IMG/VR virus record: IMGVR_UViG_3300020045_011710
Span: 1 to 26,662 of that record
From: a virus
Lineage: Duplodnaviria > Caudoviricetes
DNA length: 26,662 nucleotides
Strand: one strand, 5' to 3'
Below are positions 14,788 to 22,448 of this stretch, in pieces. Made by a program: the position numbers and the translations under genes. The notes beneath the pieces are model-generated. The model saw nothing but the letters and a program-made list of their open reading frames with translations, was not told the DNA's origin and searched no databases. Within the stretch, counting starts at the first letter, position 1; every line of letters begins with the position of its first letter.

Positions 14788-14991
14788 ATGAAACAATCAG
14801 AACAAGATCAGTATTACACTGGCGAAGGCGTTAAAGTAACTTCGCGAATTGAAAACGGAAAAACTAAGTTTTTTAAATCCCGTTTTTTAGCTGAATGGTG
14901 GGCTAACGCTCGCAGGTCTTACAAATATGAAATGTTTGACAGCGGCGATGCCAGCAAACGTAATTTTATCGGCTACGGCGTTCCACAGTAA
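14788..14991 (+). CDS. Hypothetical phage protein
   Basis: 67-aa ORF; TAATG coupling to the next gene. Confidence 0.7.
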   Translation: MKQSEQDQYYTGEGVKVTSRIENGKTKFFKSRFLAEWWANARRSYKYEMFDSGDASKRNFIGYGVPQ

Positions 14992-15770
14992 TGAGCGATT
15001 TATATACCGATACAGATGCAATATCTAAATCAGGGCTGGATAAAATTGATTCCAGCCCATTGGATTATTGGTGGCACCATTTAAGACCCGATCGGGAACC
15101 ATACGTGCCAGACGAAAAAAAGATTTTTGACGATGCGCTGCGGTGCGCCGTTTTAACTCCTAATATTTTTGCGTCGAAATATTCAAAAATGCCGATTTTT
15201 GGAAGAAAAACTGAACAAGTAAAATCTGAAATCGCAGCATTAAATCGTGCGGCCAGTTCTAAGAATCAAATCTTATTGCCTTTCGAAATATTTGACCTTA
15301 TCAAAAAAATGCAGGAAGCTACGCTTAAACACGAAGTCGCACGAACGATATTTTCGTCTGGATTGGTAGGAATGCCAAACAGATTTGAAGAACAGAATAC
15401 TGGCGCTATTGTGAAGTTTTTACCGCATTGGATAACATCGTCCGGGATTGTCGTAAATGTCATGTCTACGAATAATGCTACAGAAGAAAACTTTTCGAAG
15501 GAAGCCTGGAACATGCGCTTAGATAAAAAAGCAGCCCTTCAAATGGATGGAACTGATTTAGGCGAAGGTTTTGTCTTTGTTAACATTGAAAACAAAGCGC
15601 CGTTTAAAATCGGGATCAGGTATCTGGGCGAACGATCTATAAGATTAGGTCGCGATACTTACATTAGAAACTGCGAAACTTATGTAGAATGTCTAAAGTC
15701 AGGAATATGGCCTGGACTTCCAAAAACTGTAACTGCTTCAGAATTGCCGAACTGGGCATTTAAAAACTAA
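14991..15770 (+). CDS. Exonuclease VIII/DUF3799-like PD-(D/E)xK protein with degenerate active site
   Basis: AISKSGLDKIDSSPLDY N-terminus, FVFVNIENKAPF and CLKSGIWPG C-terminus; PH and NVM where PD and DxK are expected. Confidence 0.75.
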   Translation: MSDLYTDTDAISKSGLDKIDSSPLDYWWHHLRPDREPYVPDEKKIFDDALRCAVLTPNIFASKYSKMPIFGRKTEQVKSEIAALNRAASSKNQILLPFEIFDLIKKMQEATLKHEVARTIFSSGLVGMPNRFEEQNTGAIVKFLPHWITSSGIVVNVMSTNNATEENFSKEAWNMRLDKKAALQMDGTDLGEGFVFVNIENKAPFKIGIRYLGERSIRLGRDTYIRNCETYVECLKSGIWPGLPKTVTASELPNWAFKN

Positions 15771-15774
15771 CGAT

Positions 15775-16053
15775 ATGAAAATAGTTGTTTTAGGCGTTAC
15801 GGTAGAAACACAAGAAATATTTGACATTAAAGAGGTTGAACATAACAAAACTATGTTTCTGAATCGTGAAGCTGGATTTATTATTTATTTAATAGATAAA
15901 GAACCATTGGTTTTTAAAGAGCGCATTCCTTACGAAACTTATGCATCACAAATAGCTTTTATAAAATCTAATTGGACAAAGCTACAAAATGAAGTTTTTG
16001 AAAAGTGGCAAAAGGATAAATCAGAACTTCAACAGTTTAACTTCAAAAACTAA
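15775..16053 (+). CDS. Hypothetical phage protein
   Basis: 92-aa ORF in the operon. Confidence 0.7.
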   Translation: MKIVVLGVTVETQEIFDIKEVEHNKTMFLNREAGFIIYLIDKEPLVFKERIPYETYASQIAFIKSNWTKLQNEVFEKWQKDKSELQQFNFKN

Positions 16054-16057
16054 TATT

Positions 16058-16330
16058 ATGAATTTCAACCCACAAATAATTAAGAAGCAGACCGAAATGG
16101 AATACAGTCTTCTAGCTGAAATAATGACGAAAGTATTAAAACGTGAACCGACGACAAAAGACCGTCTTCAATTTGAAATTATCACACACCCACGATACGA
16201 CGATCGTTATTTATTTGCACACAACGGCGCTATTTTGGGAATGGTAAAACGAAGTTTTGAAAACACGACCAAACTTGCAGGATGCGAATTTAAAGTTAAT
16301 TTCAATCCTGAAGTTAAAACATTTTATTGA
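16058..16330 (+). CDS. Hypothetical phage protein
   Basis: ORF 15989..16330; likely start ATG 16058, after the stop at 16053. Confidence 0.7.
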   Translation: MNFNPQIIKKQTEMEYSLLAEIMTKVLKREPTTKDRLQFEIITHPRYDDRYLFAHNGAILGMVKRSFENTTKLAGCEFKVNFNPEVKTFY

Positions 16331-16331
16331 T

Positions 16332-17555
16332 ATGGAAATAAATATCGAAACCGAAGAAAAACTGTCAACAGGTCAAAAGGAATTTTTAGAAGCAGTACAG
16401 CGCGGACAAAACATTTTCTTGACAGGTAAGGCAGGTACTGGAAAATCCCATATCACAAAAAGAGCTATTAACATTCTTTTAAAAAGTGGTAAAAATGTGG
16501 CCGCGTTGGCACCCACAGGAATCGCAGCGAATAATATTGGCGGCGCTACATTGCACAGCACGTTTTCACTTCCGCCATTCGGTGTTTTAGACTTCAAGGC
16601 CTGCAACTTCGTAAAGCCGACTAAACGGGCCGTTCTGAATGCAATCGATGTTTTATTTATCGATGAAGTCAGTATGCTTCGTCCTGATATTCTCGATGCC
16701 GTTAACTGGACCCTGATAAAAAACGGCTGTCGTGATCTTACCAAAATTCAAGTTATTTTAATTGGTGACATGAAACAATTGGGAATAGTGGCCGACGATA
16801 ACATGGTTTCTGTAATGTTGCAAACTTATGGCGGCACCCAATGGTGGAAGGCTGAAATTTACGACCGTTTAAATATTCGAAATATCGAACTTGACGAAGT
16901 ACTGCGCCAGACAGACAACGAATTTATCGAAAATTTAAACATCGTACGAGAAGGCAAAAAATCTGAATATTTCAGACAGTTTCAGAAAACAGATCCGCGC
17001 GGTATTGTTTTGGCACCGCATAACGCAACAGTGCAGCGTTACAACATTGACGGCCTTAATTCAGTTCAGGGGAAAACCTACACGTTTGAAGCTACTGTGG
17101 AAGGTGCTGCAAAGGCGCAGGACTTCAATCTGGACCCGCAAATAAAAGTTAAGGACGGATGCAAAATTATGTATCTGGCCAACAGCAAAAATAACCCACT
17201 GGTTAATGGAACACTAGGCGTGTTTCGCGTTACTGATCCTGGTACTATTGACGAACGACATTTTATTGAAGTGTTGGGCGTCAAGTATGCACTGGAACGC
17301 ATGAAGTTCACCAAAAAAGAATATGTTTTTAATTCTGCATTGAATGTATTAGAACTTCAGGACATTGGTAGCATTGAACAAATACCTATTCGTTTGGCGT
17401 ATGCACTTACTATTCATAAATCGCAGGGATTGACTTTTGACGAAGTCACAGTAGACTTAACGCTGCCATGTTTTGCAGAAGGTCAAATGTACGTCGCATT
17501 AAGTCGTGTTACGCGTCCTGAAGGGCTTACAATCATAACTAAAAAGCCAAAGTAA
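16332..17555 (+). CDS. PIF1/RecD-like SF1B DNA helicase
   Basis: NIFLTGKAGTGKS, APTGIAA, FIDEVSM, GDMKQL, YALTIHKSQGLTFD, YVALSR. Confidence 0.92.
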   Translation: MEINIETEEKLSTGQKEFLEAVQRGQNIFLTGKAGTGKSHITKRAINILLKSGKNVAALAPTGIAANNIGGATLHSTFSLPPFGVLDFKACNFVKPTKRAVLNAIDVLFIDEVSMLRPDILDAVNWTLIKNGCRDLTKIQVILIGDMKQLGIVADDNMVSVMLQTYGGTQWWKAEIYDRLNIRNIELDEVLRQTDNEFIENLNIVREGKKSEYFRQFQKTDPRGIVLAPHNATVQRYNIDGLNSVQGKTYTFEATVEGAAKAQDFNLDPQIKVKDGCKIMYLANSKNNPLVNGTLGVFRVTDPGTIDERHFIEVLGVKYALERMKFTKKEYVFNSALNVLELQDIGSIEQIPIRLAYALTIHKSQGLTFDEVTVDLTLPCFAEGQMYVALSRVTRPEGLTIITKKPK

Positions 17556-17746
17556 TGGAAGACTACGAAATAAAAGCCCGTGCGCTTGTAATGAGTTATT
17601 TTTTAATTCTTCAGGATATGGATAAAGCCAAACAATGCGCCACGATTGCCTGCAAAGAAATCATTGAGGCATGCGAATACAACGACGTAGAATCTTGGAA
17701 TTCTGACTGGTGGCAAAAAACAATTGAATCAATACAAATAATTTAA
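17555..17746 (+). CDS. Hypothetical phage protein
   Basis: 63-aa ORF, TAATG-coupled. Confidence 0.7.
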   Translation: MEDYEIKARALVMSYFLILQDMDKAKQCATIACKEIIEACEYNDVESWNSDWWQKTIESIQII

Positions 17747-17777
17747 TTTAACGGTGGCGACCGAACGCAAAACAATT

Positions 17778-18185
17778 ATGGAATTACAAACAGGTAATGT
17801 AAAAATTAAAACCATTGGACCAATTCAAGATGTTGGCAGCAATGGATTTCAAAAACGTGATGTTGACGTGATAACAGAAGAAGCCCAATATCCTCAAACG
17901 TTAAGGTTTCAATTTGATGGCTCGCACATTAACAAACCAGATAGTTTAAAAGTTGGCGACATTGTTAACATTTCGTTTAATTTAAAAGGTAGAGAATGGG
18001 TAAATCCACAAGGCGAAACAGTTGTGTTTAACACTTTGCAAGGCTGGAAAATTTCATCTGTTACTTCTGCTGAATCAGAAGCACCTGCGGCACAGAATAC
18101 ACCTCAAGCTACCGCACAACCTGCGGCACAAAACCAAGCGCCTGCCGCTTCGTTCACTGAAGAAGAAGACGATTTACCGTTTTAA
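17778..18185 (+). CDS. Single-stranded DNA-binding protein, DUF3127 type
   Basis: GFQKRD…QYPQ…SFNLKGREW…FNTLQGWKI, Ala/Pro/Gln linker, EEEDDLPF tail. Confidence 0.85.
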   Translation: MELQTGNVKIKTIGPIQDVGSNGFQKRDVDVITEEAQYPQTLRFQFDGSHINKPDSLKVGDIVNISFNLKGREWVNPQGETVVFNTLQGWKISSVTSAESEAPAAQNTPQATAQPAAQNQAPAASFTEEEDDLPF

Positions 18186-18187
18186 TT

Positions 18188-18916
18188 ATGTCTGACTTAA
18201 CAGTAATAAATCAAACACAATCTGTTTCTGTTTTTGGAAACATAGACGCTTTTAAGGAAGCTCAAAGAATGATTGTGCCGCTTATGGAATCGACTATGGT
18301 TCCAGACGCGTATAAAGGTAGTGCGGCTAACTGCATGGTTGCAATGGAAATGTCGCATAGAATAAAAAAATCTGTTTTAGAGGTTATGCAAAATATGCAG
18401 CTTGTAAAAGGTAACGTAGGCTGGAAATCGGAATATGTGATTTCTGAAATAAACAGGTCTGGATTGTTTAGCGAACCTTTGGAATTTATTTTTTCTGAAG
18501 ACAGAACATCATGTTATGCGGTTGCAACCCGAAAAAACGGGAAGGCATTACGCGGGACACCTGTAACTATGGTAATGGCAAAAGCGGAAGGCTGGCTAGA
18601 TAAAAACGGCTCTAAATGGAAAACTATGCCAGAACAGATGCTTATGTATAGAGCAGCAACGTTTTTCTGTCGTGTGCACTGTCCTGAAGTTTTAGCTGGC
18701 GTTCAAACTGCTGACGAAATCATCGACATTGGAGCAGAAGCGCAGATAGCTGCTGAAGGTTCTGCTATTTCAAAATTAAATGAGATTGTAAAACCTTTAG
18801 AAGAAAACGATGGATATGCTTTTGAAGACGTGGAAGAAGAAGCTCCTACGGTAACGGAAACGGAACAAACGTCACAAACGGCAAAACCTTCAATTGAAGA
18901 AGATAGCGATTTTTAA
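18188..18916 (+). CDS. RecT-like single-strand annealing recombinase
   Basis: VPDAYKG…NCMVA…VMQN…MAKAEGW…SKWKTMPEQML.YRA…CPE.L.G..T.DE. Confidence 0.8.
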   Translation: MSDLTVINQTQSVSVFGNIDAFKEAQRMIVPLMESTMVPDAYKGSAANCMVAMEMSHRIKKSVLEVMQNMQLVKGNVGWKSEYVISEINRSGLFSEPLEFIFSEDRTSCYAVATRKNGKALRGTPVTMVMAKAEGWLDKNGSKWKTMPEQMLMYRAATFFCRVHCPEVLAGVQTADEIIDIGAEAQIAAEGSAISKLNEIVKPLEENDGYAFEDVEEEAPTVTETEQTSQTAKPSIEEDSDF

Positions 18917-18958
18917 TTAAAACCTCGCGATTCGTAGGTTAATCGCTAATAATTATTT

Positions 18959-19357
18959 ATGGATCAATACAGAAGAAACAACCTCGAGAAAAACACACCC
19001 GCAGAATTAGCGATTGACAACGCTATGCAGGAAGTGGAAAAAGCAGGCGCAGACCCAAAACTAACCGAAGCGGTTATTTTGCTGGGTAAGGCTAAAAATC
19101 TGGTCGGCGATTATGTCGACGGAACATCAGCCGAAGACGCTGGACCGAAAGTATTATCTTTTGGTGAAAAAACGGTACGTTCAGAATTCAATCCGTCAAA
19201 CGTAGGAAATGTAAATTTCTTTAAAGACCAAACGGCTAGAATTCTTAATGTTATTGACGAAAACAGAGAACTGGACCCACGTCTGGCGGAACTGGCTATA
19301 AACGCATACGAAACTGCGTGTATGCTAGCTGTTAAATTAGCAACCTCTAAAAACTAA
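18959..19357 (+). CDS. Two-domain helical protein; C-terminal half resembles the Acb2/Tad1-type hairpin (candidate anti-defence sponge)
   Basis: FGEK.V…FNPS…K…PRLAELAINAYETACMLAVKLAT. Confidence 0.55.
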   Translation: MDQYRRNNLEKNTPAELAIDNAMQEVEKAGADPKLTEAVILLGKAKNLVGDYVDGTSAEDAGPKVLSFGEKTVRSEFNPSNVGNVNFFKDQTARILNVIDENRELDPRLAELAINAYETACMLAVKLATSKN

Positions 19358-19362
19358 CAGAC

Positions 19363-19632
19363 ATGGCAGAATATAAAAAACCAACACAGGGGCGTGTCGT
19401 AGATTTCTTCCCAAGCGAAAGAATGAAAGACGTTAGATTTCCGCAGAATAAACAACAGAAGAAGAAGTTCGCGGCAACCATCGACGAAGTGAACGAAAAC
19501 AGCATCGACGTGCAGGTGTATGCAGGTAAGCAGATTGTGTTCTGTGCTAACATTCCACACAAGTCGGAAACTGAAGAAAACCGATCGCATTGGGATTGGC
19601 CAGTTATCGAAAAAGAAGAACCTAAAAAATAA
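19363..19632 (+). CDS. Conserved hypothetical phage protein
   Basis: PTQGRVVDF…AATI.EV…V.V…WDWP pattern. Confidence 0.75.
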   Translation: MAEYKKPTQGRVVDFFPSERMKDVRFPQNKQQKKKFAATIDEVNENSIDVQVYAGKQIVFCANIPHKSETEENRSHWDWPVIEKEEPKK

Positions 19633-19634
19633 TT

Positions 19635-19677
19635 ACCGATTGTAAATATTTTGATTTATATTTACAGCCAAATCGGT
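19635..19677. other. Long imperfect hairpin / inverted repeat after the last gene of the operon
   Basis: ACCGAT-TGTAAATAT-N8-ATATTTACA-…-ATCGGT. Confidence 0.5.
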
Positions 19678-19703
19678 TGGTTTTGATTTAATTAATAGTC
19701 ATT

Positions 19704-19730
19704 AAAGGCGTTCTTCGGAACGTCTTTTTT
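19704..19730 (+). terminator. Intrinsic terminator of the rightward operon
   Basis: AAAGGCGTTC-TTCG-GAACGTCTTTTTT. Confidence 0.9.
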
Positions 19731-19739
19731 GATTTATAG

Positions 19740-19772
19740 CAAAAAAATAACCGGAGTTAAAGTCCGGTTATT
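19740..19772 (-). terminator. Intrinsic terminator (leftward)
   Basis: AATAACCGGA-N7-TCCGGTTATT followed by a T run on the - strand. Confidence 0.85.
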
Positions 19773-19904
19773 GGTAATACGTTTGTAACTGCGTTAGCGT
19801 CTGTGCTTTTATTCGCTAGATTTAAACAGAATTTCGAACATTTTGTTTGATCTGGTATATCGATAAAAACCACATCCTGAAACGCATAGATTTGCGCAAC
19901 CTGT

Positions 19905-20036
19905 TTAGGGTGCGTTACTTGAATGCGCGTGCAAATCTGCACCAGTTGACGTCGGAACGTGTTTGTCGGCATAAGCCGAAGCCGTAGCGAATGCCAGCAC
20001 AGCAAAGGCCAGACATACAAAATTTCTTGTTTTCAT
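19905..20036 (-). CDS. 43-aa secreted peptide precursor MKTRNFVCLAFAVLAFATASAYA-DKHVPTSTGADLHAHSSNAP; not in ORF track
   Basis: A-rich leader, ATG AAA start, classic n/h/c signal peptide with A-Y-A site; own promoter box and terminator. Confidence 0.7.
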   Translation of the reverse strand: MKTRNFVCLAFAVLAFATASAYADKHVPTSTGADLHAHSSNAP

Positions 20037-20060
20037 TTTTCAAATTTTAGATTAATAAAA

Positions 20061-20068
20061 CAAACATA
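20061..20068 (-). promoter_or_regulatory. -7 promoter element for the peptide gene
   Basis: TATGTTTG 24 nt upstream of ATG 20036. Confidence 0.6.
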
Positions 20069-20069
20069 C

Positions 20070-20101
20070 AAAAAACCACCGATAAAATACCGATGGTTTT
20101 T
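20070..20101 (-). terminator. Intrinsic terminator
   Basis: Minus strand AAAAACCATCGGTA-TTT-TATCGGTGGTTTTTT; the G-U pairs form only on this strand. Confidence 0.7.
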
Positions 20102-20158
20102 CAATTTTCCCCAAATTTTAAACTACTTTAAAAAAGTAAACCTGTAGCAAATATAAAT

Positions 20159-20187
20159 AAAAAACCGTCAACAAATCAATGTGACGG
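20159..20187 (-). terminator. Intrinsic terminator after the endolysin
   Basis: Minus strand CCGTCA…TGACGG followed by T6. Confidence 0.75.
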
Positions 20188-20212
20188 AATTTTATATGAA
20201 ATAAACCTATAT

Positions 20213-20713
20213 TTATTTCGGAAGGCGTTTGTTTACAGAATCAACCATTTGAGCCATTAATAACGAATAATTTGGATCGGTTGCATAACCAGCTTTGGCA
20301 ACTTCTTGCAAAAACATTTTAGGGCTTTGTCTAAATGTAAGAGCCTTTTTATATCTAGGATTATCGATTAAAAACTTTGCATGGTCATAAAATGATTGTT
20401 CTGAACTATCATATTTTCGAAACCAATCTTTAATAGTATATTTCCAGCGATTTAAACCAACTTTTATAACACCTAAACGCACTGGATATTTTACATTTGG
20501 ATTGTTATGATATTCAGTAGTTGTAATTAACTGCTCGTTTCCATTCAACCCGTCGGTGTCTTTTACTCCAAACATCATATTTCCTACTGCCTTTTTACCC
20601 CATCCAGTTTCGTGTGCTGATTGCGCCAATAGCGCAATAGCTGAAATGCCAGTTTTATCCTGTACTTTTTTTGCGTGAGGGTAAAATATTTTTACAAATT
20701 GCTCTGGTGTCAT
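20213..20713 (-). CDS. Endolysin, GH73 glucosaminidase (FlgJ-like)
   Basis: AQSAHETGWG, N.FGVK, FRKY, NPRY, AGYATDPNY. Confidence 0.92.
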   Translation of the reverse strand: MTPEQFVKIFYPHAKKVQDKTGISAIALLAQSAHETGWGKKAVGNMMFGVKDTDGLNGNEQLITTTEYHNNPNVKYPVRLGVIKVGLNRWKYTIKDWFRKYDSSEQSFYDHAKFLIDNPRYKKALTFRQSPKMFLQEVAKAGYATDPNYSLLMAQMVDSVNKRLPK

Positions 20714-20714
20714 A

Positions 20715-21194
20715 TTAAAATTTTTGAACGGTTTCGAATTCTATATTTAATGGGTTTACTGCTCCTGCGCCACCTTCAATATAAAAATCGAAAGTCGTAG
20801 TATTAATTATGATGTAACGTAGCGAAAAGTTACCCATCGACGCGTTAAATGCCACAGCAGATTCATAAGTAAAATTTACTTTGTAGTTAGTGTTTGCCAT
20901 CGCATTAGGAAAAACCACACGGACCACGTCGCCCACTTGAATAGTTGCAGTTTTGGTGGCGCTAGTACAATCACCACTAACAGTATAAGCATGGCTTACT
21001 GCTTCGTCAGCAATAATCAAACCTTCTACAACGCCATAATTTCTAGGCATACGTGATTTAAGCCAATTGGTTCTGTTGGCCAGTTCCAATATTGGTTTAT
21101 TATCAATGCCACCCACACCACCCTCGACAGGGTCAGTAGTTTCCCACTGATATACCCCGACAGGGTATGTATTAGTTTCTGGTTGATTTGCCAT
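20715..21194 (-). CDS. Short tail fibre-related protein
   Basis: VYQWETTDPVEGG.GGIDN.P..ELANRT.WLK myovirus fibre N-terminus; beta-rich tip domain. Confidence 0.75.
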   Translation of the reverse strand: MANQPETNTYPVGVYQWETTDPVEGGVGGIDNKPILELANRTNWLKSRMPRNYGVVEGLIIADEAVSHAYTVSGDCTSATKTATIQVGDVVRVVFPNAMANTNYKVNFTYESAVAFNASMGNFSLRYIIINTTTFDFYIEGGAGAVNPLNIEFETVQKF

Positions 21195-21205
21195 GTCTTA
21201 TATTT

Positions 21206-21643
21206 TTAGAATGAAATGGTCCACGAACCGTTTAAAATAATGTCTGAATTTTTAGCAATCACTGCACGGGTTTTTCTAGCGAATAGCGTGTTATCTGTAC
21301 ACAACAGACCGAATTCAGCTATATTGATTCCGTTGGCTTCCAAAGCCGTGAGTGTCCAGTCGAATTTAACCGACGATATTGTCGGATAGGTCACTGTACC
21401 CAAAGATTTGGTAAACGCGCCTGTAATGGCTGTATCTGAACCAACAGGAGCAGTTCCGTTAGTACCTACCGACAATTTAGTAAGCTGTTTCGCAGTATTT
21501 CCTGCACCCAGCAATAACATAACCGCAGTACGGCCACCATTGACCACTAGATTGCGGTCTTCGTAGTGCTCGAGCAGATTTCCTTTCAAGTCGAAAACGT
21601 TTAAAACGAACGACCCCTTTAGATTTAAAATTTTTTCTACCAT
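21206..21643 (-). CDS. Baseplate / tail-collar fibre attachment protein
   Basis: NLVVN.G…VGT.GTAP…EANG..I.EFGL…LFAR…W.I.F. Confidence 0.75.
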   Translation of the reverse strand: MVEKILNLKGSFVLNVFDLKGNLLEHYEDRNLVVNGGRTAVMLLLGAGNTAKQLTKLSVGTNGTAPVGSDTAITGAFTKSLGTVTYPTISSVKFDWTLTALEANGINIAEFGLLCTDNTLFARKTRAVIAKNSDIILNGSWTISF

Positions 21644-21762
21644 TGGAATTTCTTTATAAATGCAAATATAGCCTTTTTAATGACTGTGATAATTTTGGGA
21701 TCTACTTTCTTCAGCATTGGCGCTGGTCCCATTTCTTGACCTGTGTAAGTTTCGTTTATCAT
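21637..21762 (-). CDS. Small protein (41 aa, MINETYTGQEMGPAPMLKKVDPKIITVIKKAIFAFIKKFQW); not in ORF track
   Basis: TAATG coupling to the upstream stop and overlap with the downstream start; amphipathic basic C-terminus. Confidence 0.5.
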   Translation of the reverse strand: MINETYTGQEMGPAPMLKKVDPKIITVIKKAIFAFIKKFQW

Positions 21763-22445
21763 TATGGTACGTTTACGATATTCATAGTAAGACTGTCGAG
21801 TGATTCAATATGTGTAATGCTTCCGTCACGGTTATATGTACCGTCGTGAAATCTGGCAAAATAACCTAAGTCTTCATCGAGCGTTGGCGCTTCATAAACT
21901 ATCTGAAGGTCGTCAAATAGTCTAGTTTCGAAACTGTCTTCAATACCGATAAAATAACCGATACCTTCGAGTTTCGATCTGGCTGGTTTATACTCACGAA
22001 TCAGCTTCGCCAAATTAGACTGCGAAATTCCATCAATGCCAACAGTGTCACCCAGAACGCTATCGATACGAAAACGCGCCCAGTCGGTGTCAGGGTCGCC
22101 TGTATCGATTCCTTCTGTAATTACTGCATCTGTATAGCCTACTGATAACATCGCTTGTTTGATGGCCCAAACAGTACCTGCGTAACGCTTCAATTCGATT
22201 GCTTGTTTTATAACGGCGCGTTTCTGTTCGTCCGTAGTGGCCAAACGATAACCGCTAAAACCTTCAATATCGAACTGATTGGCTAAATACGGAAGCGCAG
22301 ACGCTGGCACAGTATCGATAACGTACACCAAAAGGTTTTCCAGTTCTATTGTGGATAACCTAGCATTTGCCGTAGCGTCAAACGCGGCAATATGCGGAAT
22401 GCCTGCGACTGAATCAGCTAATATATTACTGTTGTTTTGGCCCAT
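21762..22445 (-). CDS. Phage tail protein I (P2 gpI-like baseplate wedge)
   Basis: LPYLA.QF…KR..IK.AI.L.R..GT..AIK…I.EYKPARS.L; located next to baseplate J. Confidence 0.85.
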   Translation of the reverse strand: MGQNNSNILADSVAGIPHIAAFDATANARLSTIELENLLVYVIDTVPASALPYLANQFDIEGFSGYRLATTDEQKRAVIKQAIELKRYAGTVWAIKQAMLSVGYTDAVITEGIDTGDPDTDWARFRIDSVLGDTVGIDGISQSNLAKLIREYKPARSKLEGIGYFIGIEDSFETRLFDDLQIVYEAPTLDEDLGYFARFHDGTYNRDGSITHIESLDSLTMNIVNVP

Positions 22446-22448
22446 TGG

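Noticed and set aside
19778-19894. Plus-strand TAnnTTTG boxes implying an antisense RNA (type I toxin-antitoxin) against the peptide gene
   Set aside because: The short motif arises readily by chance in AT-rich DNA and no matching plus-strand terminator is evident.
19757-20147. Track ORFs 19757..20020 (-) and 19959..20147 (+) as independent genes
   Set aside because: Poor starts; the minus ORF's stop falls in a terminator loop and the plus ORF crosses promoter and terminator elements. The 43-aa ORF from ATG 20036 has far better signals.
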